Source: an uncultured Myxococcales bacterium
GTDB lineage: Bacteria; Myxococcota_A; UBA9042
Assembly: GCA_903924465.1 (NCBI GenBank)
Contig: CAIYBN010000056.1
Coordinates: forward strand, 1,291 to 65,290
Direction of reading: 5' to 3'
DNA: 64,000 nt
The translations under genes and the position numbers were made by a program. Shown in pieces: positions 30,109-39,657 of this stretch (position 1 is its first letter; each line of letters opens with the position of its first letter). The notes under the pieces were generated by a model. The model saw only the letters and a program-made list of their open reading frames with translations. It was not told where the DNA came from and did no database searches.

Positions 30109-30918
30109 ATGCAACGCCAGAAAGTCGCCGTAATCCAGACCCGTTCGACAGAAGATATTGACGCAAATCTTACAAAATCCGCGGAGTTGTGTCGCGCAGC
30201 TCGCGCTGATGGCGCGCGCTTTTTGGCCCTGCCAGAGAACGTTGGCTTCCTGCGCATCGCCACCAAGGAAAACTTTGGCGAAGCCATTCCCGGTGGCAAA
30301 ATCACGTCCTTTTTCCAAGCGTTGGCCAAGGAAATCGACGCTGCGATCCTGGTCGGCACCATCCAGGAAAGCGCCGGCGACGGCTACAAAGTGTACAACA
30401 CGTCGGTGCTCATCGGGCCGGACGGCGCGTTGGTGCAAAAATACCGAAAAGTTCACCTGTTCGACATCGACATCCCCGGCACCGTCAGCCTGAAGGAGTC
30501 GGACTTCATCGTGCCGGGCAGCGAAGCGGTGACTGCGGACTTGTTCGGCACCACCTGGGGCATGAGCGTCTGCTATGACCTGCGCTTTCCGGAACTGTAC
30601 CGCAAGCTGCTCGACAAGGGCGCGGAAGTGTTGCTGATTCCCGCCGCATTCACGCTGCAAACCGGCAAGGATCACTGGGAAGTGCTGCAGCGGGCGCGGG
30701 CGATCGAAAACCAGTGCTACGTGCTTGCGCCGGCGCAATGGGGCTTTCACGGTGGCATCCGCAACTCCTACGGCCACTCGATGATCATCGACCCGTGGGG
30801 TCACGTGATCGCGCGGTGCTCCGATGGCGAAGGCTATGTCACGGCGTGGCTCGACCCGGAGAAGCTAGCCAGCGTGCGGCGCAACCTGCCGTGCGGCGAA
30901 CACCGCCGCATGCGCTAA
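30109..30918 (+). CDS. Carbon-nitrogen hydrolase (Nit1/YbeM-like deaminated glutathione amidase)
   Basis: LPE, YRKVHLFD, VCYDLRFPE catalytic triad; ARAIENQ. Confidence 0.92.
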   Translation: MQRQKVAVIQTRSTEDIDANLTKSAELCRAARADGARFLALPENVGFLRIATKENFGEAIPGGKITSFFQALAKEIDAAILVGTIQESAGDGYKVYNTSVLIGPDGALVQKYRKVHLFDIDIPGTVSLKESDFIVPGSEAVTADLFGTTWGMSVCYDLRFPELYRKLLDKGAEVLLIPAAFTLQTGKDHWEVLQRARAIENQCYVLAPAQWGFHGGIRNSYGHSMIIDPWGHVIARCSDGEGYVTAWLDPEKLASVRRNLPCGEHRRMR

Positions 30919-31829
30919 CGGTCGAACGGTCGCGTGAAACCAAAACGCTCGCGCAGCCATTTTTCCACGCGCAGGTGGATGAGTTCCGGGAATTCCAGCG
31001 GCGTGTAATGCGTGCCGCTCGGAATCACCAGCAGCTCGGCGCCGGCAATCGCCTTGACCATCTCGCGGCTCTGCGCCAGCGGCGTCAGCATGTCGTGGTC
31101 GCCCGTCACCACCATCACCGGCACCGTGATCGACGGCAGGACATCGAGGGCGGAGTGCGCAGCCAGGGCATTCAGCGTCGCCATGTAGCGCGGCATGTGC
31201 AGCCCGGCCACTTCAGACGCCAGCGTCAGGAACATCTTCTCGTCGAGCGCCTGGCTCGCCAGACCCAAGTTCTTGACGATCTTGAGCGCCATTTTCGTCT
31301 TGGTCACCCGCTGCGCCATGGGCTGGAACGGCTCGGCGAGATGCGCCACGGACTCCATGGCCTTGGCAATCGCCGGGAGCATCTGCGCCAGTGGCGAATC
31401 CTTGAGCATCGGCGAAAACGCTGTGGCCAGCGGACTGCCGTACGTGCCGTTGATCAACACCATGCCCTGAACAATTTCAGGCATTTGCCGCCATGCTTCA
31501 AAGGACACTTGCACGCCCATCGACCAGCCGAGCAGCACGGCTTTTTGGATCCCGAAGTGCTGCAGCACCGCGCGCAGGTCCTGAACCTGCGTCTCCACGT
31601 CATAGCCCGTTCCCGGTGCGGCGGGACCAGACTTGTACAACCCGCGGTAATCCCAGGAGACAATGCGGTGGTGCGGGCCAAAGTCGTCGATCAGGTAGCG
31701 CCACGCGTCGATGTTGCCGCCCAAGCCGTTGCACAGCACGAAAACGGGACCCGGTCCGCCACCACACTCAAATGCCGTGAGTTCAGTGCCATCAGCGGCG
31801 CGAACGGAAGAGGCGTGAATTTCCAACAT
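30915..31829 (-). CDS. Alpha/beta hydrolase
   Basis: WDYRG, GWSMG nucleophile, GDHD, GTH. Confidence 0.9.
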   Translation of the reverse strand: MLEIHASSVRAADGTELTAFECGGGPGPVFVLCNGLGGNIDAWRYLIDDFGPHHRIVSWDYRGLYKSGPAAPGTGYDVETQVQDLRAVLQHFGIQKAVLLGWSMGVQVSFEAWRQMPEIVQGMVLINGTYGSPLATAFSPMLKDSPLAQMLPAIAKAMESVAHLAEPFQPMAQRVTKTKMALKIVKNLGLASQALDEKMFLTLASEVAGLHMPRYMATLNALAAHSALDVLPSITVPVMVVTGDHDMLTPLAQSREMVKAIAGAELLVIPSGTHYTPLEFPELIHLRVEKWLRERFGFTRPFDR

Positions 31830-31836
31830 GATGACC

Positions 31837-32286
31837 TCAGAAGGTTTTGTGTGAATCCAACAGAATCGTCACCGGCCCATCGTTGGTCAGTGAAACCTGC
31901 ATATCGGCGCCAAAGATGCCCTGGGCGACTTCCAGGTGCAGCGCGCGCAGAGCTTCCGCGCATCGATCGATCCAAAGCCGGGCCGCGTCCGGCGCCATGG
32001 CCGCGGTAAAGCCCGGGCGCTTGCCGCGGCGGGCGTCGCCGTGCAGCGTGAATTGGCTGATCAGCAAGATGGCGCCGCCCGTTTGCGCGACGTCCCAGTT
32101 CATCTTGCCTTCCGGATCGGCAAAGATCCGCAGCCCAGCGATCTTGTCGACGATGTAACGCAAGTCCGCTTCACCATCGCCCTGCCCCACCGACAGCAGC
32201 ACGCACAGGCCGCGCGAAATGGCGCCGACCGTCTGGCCCGCAACCGCCACTTCCGCCTGACTGACCCGTTGCACCACTGCCCGCAC
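31837..32286 (-). CDS. dtd: D-aminoacyl-tRNA deacylase
   Basis: (M)RAVVQRV, SQFTL, FGADMQVSLTNDGPVT. Confidence 0.95.
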   Translation of the reverse strand: MRAVVQRVSQAEVAVAGQTVGAISRGLCVLLSVGQGDGEADLRYIVDKIAGLRIFADPEGKMNWDVAQTGGAILLISQFTLHGDARRGKRPGFTAAMAPDAARLWIDRCAEALRALHLEVAQGIFGADMQVSLTNDGPVTILLDSHKTF

Positions 32287-32358
32287 GTTGCCCCCTCCAT
32301 CCCGTGCCTCCATAATCCAACTTGGCTGCGAAGACCAGTTCTTGGCGTCCGGAGGCCG

Positions 32359-33432
32359 ATGCCTTTTGATTTGGACCAAGCCGCAAACCGCCTGGGCCGT
32401 GTACACGGTCATGCCGTCGCATTTCGTCAGGCGTTGCTGGACGTGGCGTTCGCAAGTGGCTGTCCGATGCGTGAACAGGCCGTGGCGCTGGAGCATGGCG
32501 ACGCGGTGACGCTGCGGATGGCGTCGCGCGATCCTGCCATGGCGGCGTCCGTCACGCGGTTTGCCATCCTGGATCTCGATCCACCGGGGCACGCGGCGAC
32601 CTGGGCGCCGGAACTGGATAGTCTGGGAGGGCCTGGGCTCGCGCAGATCTGGGCGGTCGCGCTGCACACGCTCCTGGGCCAGACGGACGAGCGGCCGTGG
32701 GAGCTCACGTACACGCGCGGTCCCGCGCTGGGCGTGTCAGCGTACGTGCGCGATCGCCTCGATGCGCAAGCCTCGACGATCCAGTTGGTGCCGTGTCCAT
32801 CCGTGCCGTCGCACGGTCGGGCGATGGACGGCGTTGCGCTGACCCTGGAACCGACGCAGAACGTGTCGCGTCGTGCTGAATCCGGGTGGACGGTGTCGCT
32901 GACCGTCGCGGGAGAGGACGCGCTGGCGCGTCTGCGCTCATGGCTCCACGGCGTGTCCGGCGCGTGGACCCTGCATCAGCTCGACCTGCGCAGCCACGAT
33001 GCACTCACCGCGCTGTTGTGCGCCGATCGACCGCTTGAGCCGCCACCGGGGATCGCAATTCAGGCGTGGCCGGAGTCGCCACGGCTCTCCTTTCCAGTCA
33101 ACGAGGCGCTGATGGCGTGGCCGGAGACTTGGCTGCCTCGGCCGCTGGCGGTGCGCACGCTTGACGCCGGACTCTGGCTGGCTGGGCTGACATCAACCGT
33201 CGCAGAAGATGCAGCACTGCCGGAACGGGCCGGGGCGCTGGCTTTGACTTGGCAGGTCGAGTCGGTCGCGCGGGAGGTCAGCGCGCAAGTGCTGGTTGCG
33301 GTTGACGCTGCCGAATCCATCGGCCCGGTTGCGGCGGGTCTGGATGGGCCGATTTGGCGACTGCCTGGGGCGGGTGAACGGGCCTTGGCCGCGCGCGGAT
33401 TGGCGGCCAGACTCAGCGCGCGGTCGACGTAG
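32359..33432 (+). CDS. Hypothetical protein
   Basis: GGAGG RBS before the ATG; long ORF filling the gap between dtd and the repeat protein; no recognised motif. Confidence 0.55.
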   Translation: MPFDLDQAANRLGRVHGHAVAFRQALLDVAFASGCPMREQAVALEHGDAVTLRMASRDPAMAASVTRFAILDLDPPGHAATWAPELDSLGGPGLAQIWAVALHTLLGQTDERPWELTYTRGPALGVSAYVRDRLDAQASTIQLVPCPSVPSHGRAMDGVALTLEPTQNVSRRAESGWTVSLTVAGEDALARLRSWLHGVSGAWTLHQLDLRSHDALTALLCADRPLEPPPGIAIQAWPESPRLSFPVNEALMAWPETWLPRPLAVRTLDAGLWLAGLTSTVAEDAALPERAGALALTWQVESVAREVSAQVLVAVDAAESIGPVAAGLDGPIWRLPGAGERALAARGLAARLSARST

Positions 33433-36400
33433 CCATCGGCGCCGGTTCGACCGCGTCGGCAGACGTCACGATACTTGGCAGCGCCACTGGCTTGTGTTCC
33501 TGCGGATCGGGCGTCTTGTCGTGCGGCGCATAGCGAATCGCCAGAAAAGGCCGATACGCCGGCACGCCGAAACCCGGCCACAGGCCGAAACCGCTGCCCA
33601 AGCTGCCGTACAGGTCTTCGCCCAGCGGCCAGCCAACGGCCAGCGTCGCCTCCAGCTTCTCGTCCGCGCCGTTTTGGTACGCGTTCTTCAATGGCGTTTC
33701 GTGCACCAAGCTCGCGTCCAGCCACCAGCCGTCCGGCACCCATTTGCCCAGCCAGCTGTCTTGCGCCACTGCCGCATTGAGGCTCGCCGCGAGTGCAAAG
33801 CGCATCGCTGGCCCGTCGGTCAGGTTGAACAGCGTCTGGGTGCCTTGCGCCCGCACGCCGAAATTCGCTGCCACGCGCCATGGTCCCAAGGCCGTCGAGG
33901 CGACAGCCGTCGGCGTCGCCGTCATGCCTGGACGGCCCATGTACAGGTTCGGATCGCCGACCGGAATCGTCACCGGCACGACCAGCGCGAGCCCCATCTT
34001 CTGCTGCCGCTCCGCGAAGACCACGTACTTCAAGGCAACGGCGATATCGCCGATCGCCGTCGCGGTATCCAGCGGACCGGATTGCGGACCATAGAGCGAG
34101 GGCTGCGAACCCGTTTGCCAGATGGACACCGGCACAGTGACGCCCAGCGTCAGCCCTTGCCACAGGCGCGTCGCCAGCATGCCATCGGCCTGAAAACGCT
34201 GATCCACCAGGCCGCGCAGCGCACGCGTCTCCGTGCCCACCACCAGCGGCCGCCACGCGTACTGCGACTGCACACCAACCGAGAGGGCGTGCAGGTCCAG
34301 CTGCAGCGCAGAATCCACGCCCAGAATGCCGACGCCATCGACGTTCGACCGACCCGACGTCACATCCAGCGGCGTCAGCGCCGTCGCTGGCATCGCGACA
34401 CACAGGAGCAGAAGCACCGCGCGCGACCGCCGCCGCACCAGCAGCACAAGCCCCGCCAGCACGAGCAGCAGCGCACCTCCGGCCTGTGGCGCCCGCGTCG
34501 TCTGGCACGACAACGGCGTGGTGCCGCGCAGCCGACCGCCAAATTCCAGCACTTCCGAGTCATCGCGCGGATCCAGCGGATTCGTGTGCGTTTGCAGCAC
34601 CTCGATCGGATCGCTCAGTCCGCCAAAGTCGGTGTCCGGCAAGCGCGCATCGGTGTGGTATTTGAACACCTCGTCGCCGTCGGACAGCGTGTCGTTGTCG
34701 CTGTCCGTGTCGCGACAATCCGGCATGCCGTCGCCGTCTGAATCCACCAGCTTCTGCTGCAGTGAATTGTCGCCCGGCTTGATGCCCGATTCGTACGCAT
34801 CCGGCACTGTGTCGTTGTCGCTGTCCAGGTCCAGCGCGTCGATGATGCCGTCCTTGTCGGTATCCAGCGGATGGTTCGGGTCGACGACTTCGGTTGGATC
34901 CAGGATGCCATCGCCGTCGCTGTCGCGCTTCAGCGGATTGGTGCCCAGCAGCAGCTCCGTCTTGTTGTCCAGGCTGTCGCCGTCCAGATCACCGTCGATG
35001 TTGCCGTCGTCGGCCGCCACCAGCGGATTGGTCTCGCCGATGTCGACCTTGCCGTCGTGGGAGAAATCCTCGACGCCATCCGGCAGCCCGCCGCGATCGG
35101 TGTCGGCATTCGCCGGCCACGTCGTGTGCGTCGGGTCCTGATCCGGCAGGAACACGCCGGTCTTCAGGTTCGTGTCCGCCGGAAAGGCCAAGGTCGCGAG
35201 CGTCAGGCCCACCTCGGTGCCGTCATACAGGCCGTCGCCATCGCTGTCCTCGTCGTTCGCGGCATTCTGGCCATCGCCATCCAGATCCACGTACGGATTG
35301 CATTCGCGGCCATCGGGCACGCCATCGTCATCACTGTCCGCGTCATGCGGTCGCGAGCCGATCGTCGTCTCCATCGCATCGCACAAGCCATCGCCATCGC
35401 TGTCCGGCACCTTGGATTGCACTTCCGGGTCATTGGGATCGCCCTCGCCCATGTCCAGCCGACCGTTCAGGTTCGCATCCTCCCATCCGTCCGGCTGACC
35501 GTCGTGGTCGGTGTCCGCGGCCAGAGGCGACGTTCGCGTCGCCGGGTCCGAATCCGCATGAAAGCGCCCCAAGGACACGTCCGTCTGCGGATCCGCTTGC
35601 GTCACGCCGCGCTCCAGGCCATCGCCCAAGCCATCGTCGTCCGAGTCCGGATCCAGCGCGCCCGGCAGGCCGTCATGGTCAAAATCGAACGCCGCATTGG
35701 GTTCATCGCCATCCAGCACCCCATCGTCGTCGCTGTCGCGGTCGTGCGGATTGCTGCCCAGTCGCGCTTCTTCGGCATCGCACAGGCCATCGCCGTCCTG
35801 ATCCACGACAATCGTCTGGGTCAGCGCGGCGTTGGGATCGCCTTCGCCCGGATCGACGAAGCCGTTGGCATTCTGGTCCTCCAGGCCATCGCGCTGGCCA
35901 TCACCATCGGTATCCGCCAGCAAGGGCGACGTCGTCGTCCCTGGATCCGTGTCCGGCAAGAAGTTGAACGCCAACAGGTTTGTCGCCGCAACCGGCGCAC
36001 CCGCACCGCGTTCCAGGCCATCGGGCAGGCCGTCGTTGTCGGAATCGGCATCCGCGGCATTGCTCGCGCCATCCAGATCCGAGTCGCACGACATGTTCCA
36101 TTCCACGCCATCCGGCACACCGTCGTCATCGCTGTCGGCGTCGTCCTGCGCTGTGCCGAGCACTTTCTCCTCCGCATCGGGCACGCCGTCACCGTCCTGA
36201 TCGCCCAGGTACAGCGTCTCGCCAGCCAGGAACGGATCGCGCTCGCCCGCATCCACGCGACCGTTGTGGTTGACGTCCTCCGCACCATCGCGCTGGCCAT
36301 CGCCGTCGGTATCGGCCTTTTGCGGATTGGTCTGCGTCGTCGGATCGGCATCGGCCACAAACGCGCGCTTGGCCAAATTCGTGTCTGGCCCAACCGTGCT

Positions 36401-39400
36401 GAGCGTCTTGCCCGCTTCCGTACCGTCCAGAATCGCGTCGTTGTCGGAATCGGGATCCAGCGCGCCGATGAGCCCGTCGCCGTCCAGATCCAGCAACGAT
36501 TCCTCCCCGTCCAGCAAGCCGTCGTCATCGCTGTCGGTGTCCAGCGGATTGGTACCCGCCTTGATTTCCGCGCCATCGGCCAAACCGTCGTGATCGGTGT
36601 CATTGCTCAAGCGGTCCGTGTGGTATTTCGGCTCATCCGCGTCGAGCAGGCCATCGCCGTCACTGTCCAGGTCGCGAAAATCAGGGATGCCATCGCCGTC
36701 AGTGTCCACCGCCGGGGTCTTCCAATTGGCGTCACCCGCCTCGACCGCGTCCGGAAAGCCGTCGCCGTCGCTGTCCAGGTCCTTGGCATCGACCGTGCCG
36801 TCGCCATCGGTATCCACCACTTGACCCAGGTTCGATTCCTGCCCATCGGAAATCGTGTCGCCATCCGTGTCCGGATTCTTCGGATCCAGTCCCAGCTTGA
36901 TTTCCGTCTTGTTCTTGACGCCGTCGCCATCGTTGTCGCCGTTCGCGTCATCCGTCGGGTCCAGCGGATTGGTCAGGTCCGTCAGCACTTCCTTGCCATC
37001 CGGCACACCGCCGCCATCGCTGTCCGCCTTCGCCGCGTTGGTTTCGCCGGTCAACAACGTGACATCCCAATCCTGCTTGCCGTTCTTGTTCGTGTCCTCA
37101 AAGCCGTCATTCAAGCCGTCGCCGTCGGAGTCCTTGTTCAGCGGATTCGTCGTCGTGGTTGGATCGGCATCGCCCGCTTTGCCCGCCTCCACGCCGTCGC
37201 TGAGGCCGTCGTTGTCGGTATCCGCCTTCTGCGGATTGGTCTCCTTCGCGTCGACCTTGCCATTGTGGTTGAAATCCTCCTGACCATCCTGCAAGCCGTC
37301 GCCATCCGAGTCGGGATTCTTCGGGCTCGTCGTCGTGTTCGGATCGCTGTCGCCCTTCTTACCAGTTTCCAAACCGTCGAGCAGTCCATCGCCATCGGTG
37401 TCCGTCAGGAGCGGATTCGTGCCGTAGAAATTGACCTCCACGCCGTCGTTCAGACCGTCGCCGTCGCTGTCCGGATTCGCCGCACCTGTTTCGTTCAGCA
37501 CCTTGTCCCAAACGCCGTTGGCATTCTTGTCTTCCTGCGCGTCACTCAAGCCATCGCCGTCGCTGTCCTTCTTGCGCGGACTCGATTCGCCCGGATCGGT
37601 CAAGCCGTTGTGGTTCTTGTCCTCCACGCCGTCCAACAAGCCATCGCCGTCGGTGTCCTTGTCGTTGGGATTGCTGCCCGTTGGCGTCGCCGCCTGATAG
37701 ACGCCCAACACTTCCACCTTGTCGCTCGATCCATCTCCGTCGCTGTCCTTCTTGCGTGGATTGGTGCGATTGGCCTGCGCCTTGCCGGCCGCGTCTGGCC
37801 AAGTCTGGGCGTATTCCACGGCGTTGGAAAGGCCATCGCCGTCGTTGTCGCTTTGGCCATCGGCCGGATCCAGCGGATTGAGCGGCTTGCCATCGGCACC
37901 GTTGGCATTGTCGGCGTATTTGACCTCCCAGCCATCATCCAAGCCGTCGCCGTCCGTGTCGGCTTTGTTGGGATCGGTTTCACCCAGTTGCGGCTCCCAA
38001 GCGCCGTTGTGGTTCTTGTCCTCGTCGCTGTCGGCCAAGCCATCGCCATCGGTGTCCGCGTTGGCCGGATCGGTCGTCGACGTGGGCGCCAAGTCCGGCA
38101 AAAACGGCGGCGACAGCGTGTCGTCCACACCCTTTTGCGAGAGCGGCGCCGCTGCCACGCCCGTTTCCTGGCCATCACCCAACGCATCGCCATCGGTGGA
38201 GAACTTGAGCGGATTCGTGCCGCCCACCACAATCTGGCCGACGTTCTTGCCATCGACCACGTGGAACACGAGCACGCCGGTTTCCTTGCCGTCCAGGAGG
38301 CCGTCATCATCCGAGTCCGCGTCCAGCGGATTCGTGACGAGGTGGTTGTCCAGCGGAAAAACCTCCTGACCATCCGGAGCAAAGTCGCCATCGGTGTCCG
38401 GATCGGTGGGCGACGTCTTGCTCACCGTCAACTCATAGTGCGTCGACAGCCCGTCGCCATCCGGATCCGCACCCGTGTCGTCCGCCGCCTTGTTCGGATC
38501 CGTGCCATCGCTGATTTCCACCGCGTCGTACACACCGCCGCCATCGCTGTCGGCCTTGAGCGGATTGGTCTGGAACGTGCCAATCTCATCCGCGTCGCCC
38601 AAGGAATCCCAGTCGCTGTCCGTCAAAAGTGGATCCGTCTTGTAGGTCAGGACCTCATCACCATCTTTCAAGCCGTCGCCATCGGTGTCCGGCTTGAGCG
38701 GATCCGTCGTCGCGGCGATCTCAGCGTTGTCATCCAGCCCGTCGCCATCGGTGTCTTTCAACGTCGGGTCGGTCTTGTAGAGGTTGACCTCGTCGCCATC
38801 GGTCAGCGTGTCGCCATCGGTGTCCACCTTGAAACGATCACTCTTGTAGACCGTCACCTCCTGCCAGTCCGTCAACTTGTCGCCGTCGCTGTCTTTCTTG
38901 TCGTCATCCGGCTTGAGTGGATCGGTGTGGTCAATCAGCACTTCCTGACCGTCGTCGGAGAAGCCGCCATCGGTGTCGAGCTTGAGCGGATCGGTCTTCG
39001 ACACTTGCAATTCCAGGTTGTCCGGCAGGTTGTCGCCATCGGTGTCCGCGAGCGTCGGATTGGTGCCGTAGATCAGGACCTCGTCGCCATCGCTGAGGAA
39101 ATCGCCATCGGTATCGGCCAAGGTCGGCTGCGTCTTGGACTTGCCTGGCTGCGGAAACAGCTCGGCAAAATCGGACAAGCCATCGCCGTCGGTATCCTTC
39201 CGCGTCGGATCCGTGCCGGCAGCTTGCTCATTGGCATTGGACAGGCCATCGCCGTCCGGGTCACCGTTGCCGTTCTGCTTCAGGTCGCCAAAATAGCCGG
39301 CTTCCCAAGCGTCATCCAGGCCATCGCCATCGGTATCCACGGCATAAGCGGGACGTCCAACGGCGAAGCTCAGCACGAGAAGGCAAACGGCAAATCGACG

Positions 39401-39409
39401 AGCGTTCAT
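33413..39409 (-). CDS. Giant Ca-binding repeat surface protein (bacterial TSP3-type DxDxDG repeats) with internal MYXO-CTERM-like tag and C-terminal beta-barrel
   Basis: Signal peptide, dozens of T(N/D)P..DTDGDGLxDGxE repeats, SC...LLLVLAGLVLLVRRR, then alternating beta-strands. Confidence 0.88.
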   Translation of the reverse strand: MNARRFAVCLLVLSFAVGRPAYAVDTDGDGLDDAWEAGYFGDLKQNGNGDPDGDGLSNANEQAAGTDPTRKDTDGDGLSDFAELFPQPGKSKTQPTLADTDGDFLSDGDEVLIYGTNPTLADTDGDNLPDNLELQVSKTDPLKLDTDGGFSDDGQEVLIDHTDPLKPDDDKKDSDGDKLTDWQEVTVYKSDRFKVDTDGDTLTDGDEVNLYKTDPTLKDTDGDGLDDNAEIAATTDPLKPDTDGDGLKDGDEVLTYKTDPLLTDSDWDSLGDADEIGTFQTNPLKADSDGGGVYDAVEISDGTDPNKAADDTGADPDGDGLSTHYELTVSKTSPTDPDTDGDFAPDGQEVFPLDNHLVTNPLDADSDDDGLLDGKETGVLVFHVVDGKNVGQIVVGGTNPLKFSTDGDALGDGQETGVAAAPLSQKGVDDTLSPPFLPDLAPTSTTDPANADTDGDGLADSDEDKNHNGAWEPQLGETDPNKADTDGDGLDDGWEVKYADNANGADGKPLNPLDPADGQSDNDGDGLSNAVEYAQTWPDAAGKAQANRTNPRKKDSDGDGSSDKVEVLGVYQAATPTGSNPNDKDTDGDGLLDGVEDKNHNGLTDPGESSPRKKDSDGDGLSDAQEDKNANGVWDKVLNETGAANPDSDGDGLNDGVEVNFYGTNPLLTDTDGDGLLDGLETGKKGDSDPNTTTSPKNPDSDGDGLQDGQEDFNHNGKVDAKETNPQKADTDNDGLSDGVEAGKAGDADPTTTTNPLNKDSDGDGLNDGFEDTNKNGKQDWDVTLLTGETNAAKADSDGGGVPDGKEVLTDLTNPLDPTDDANGDNDGDGVKNKTEIKLGLDPKNPDTDGDTISDGQESNLGQVVDTDGDGTVDAKDLDSDGDGFPDAVEAGDANWKTPAVDTDGDGIPDFRDLDSDGDGLLDADEPKYHTDRLSNDTDHDGLADGAEIKAGTNPLDTDSDDDGLLDGEESLLDLDGDGLIGALDPDSDNDAILDGTEAGKTLSTVGPDTNLAKRAFVADADPTTQTNPQKADTDGDGQRDGAEDVNHNGRVDAGERDPFLAGETLYLGDQDGDGVPDAEEKVLGTAQDDADSDDDGVPDGVEWNMSCDSDLDGASNAADADSDNDGLPDGLERGAGAPVAATNLLAFNFLPDTDPGTTTSPLLADTDGDGQRDGLEDQNANGFVDPGEGDPNAALTQTIVVDQDGDGLCDAEEARLGSNPHDRDSDDDGVLDGDEPNAAFDFDHDGLPGALDPDSDDDGLGDGLERGVTQADPQTDVSLGRFHADSDPATRTSPLAADTDHDGQPDGWEDANLNGRLDMGEGDPNDPEVQSKVPDSDGDGLCDAMETTIGSRPHDADSDDDGVPDGRECNPYVDLDGDGQNAANDEDSDGDGLYDGTEVGLTLATLAFPADTNLKTGVFLPDQDPTHTTWPANADTDRGGLPDGVEDFSHDGKVDIGETNPLVAADDGNIDGDLDGDSLDNKTELLLGTNPLKRDSDGDGILDPTEVVDPNHPLDTDKDGIIDALDLDSDNDTVPDAYESGIKPGDNSLQQKLVDSDGDGMPDCRDTDSDNDTLSDGDEVFKYHTDARLPDTDFGGLSDPIEVLQTHTNPLDPRDDSEVLEFGGRLRGTTPLSCQTTRAPQAGGALLLVLAGLVLLVRRRSRAVLLLLCVAMPATALTPLDVTSGRSNVDGVGILGVDSALQLDLHALSVGVQSQYAWRPLVVGTETRALRGLVDQRFQADGMLATRLWQGLTLGVTVPVSIWQTGSQPSLYGPQSGPLDTATAIGDIAVALKYVVFAERQQKMGLALVVPVTIPVGDPNLYMGRPGMTATPTAVASTALGPWRVAANFGVRAQGTQTLFNLTDGPAMRFALAASLNAAVAQDSWLGKWVPDGWWLDASLVHETPLKNAYQNGADEKLEATLAVGWPLGEDLYGSLGSGFGLWPGFGVPAYRPFLAIRYAPHDKTPDPQEHKPVALPSIVTSADAVEPAPMATSTAR

Positions 39410-39657
39410 GGAACTCCGCGCGGCGAATGACGGCGTCGCCGCGGTCCCCAGATTGGAGCATGAACGGTGATTTTCGGCTACACATGCTGACCCAAGACGA
39501 ACATCAAATTTGGTCGGTTGAACCTGTTCCATGTCGGATTGGGACCGCGAGCGTGTTCCGAAGGTGACACGCCGCGGTAACGGCGGCTGTGATGCTCGAA
39601 CTCGGTCAGCGTGCGTGGCGCGAACCAACGTGTCACTGGGCTGGCGCAGGGTTCCGA

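Noticed and set aside
34871-39430. 1519-aa plus-strand ORF (also 1213-2964, 9306-11600, 39589-42408)
   Set aside because: Antisense shadows of GC-rich genes with clear motifs on the other strand.
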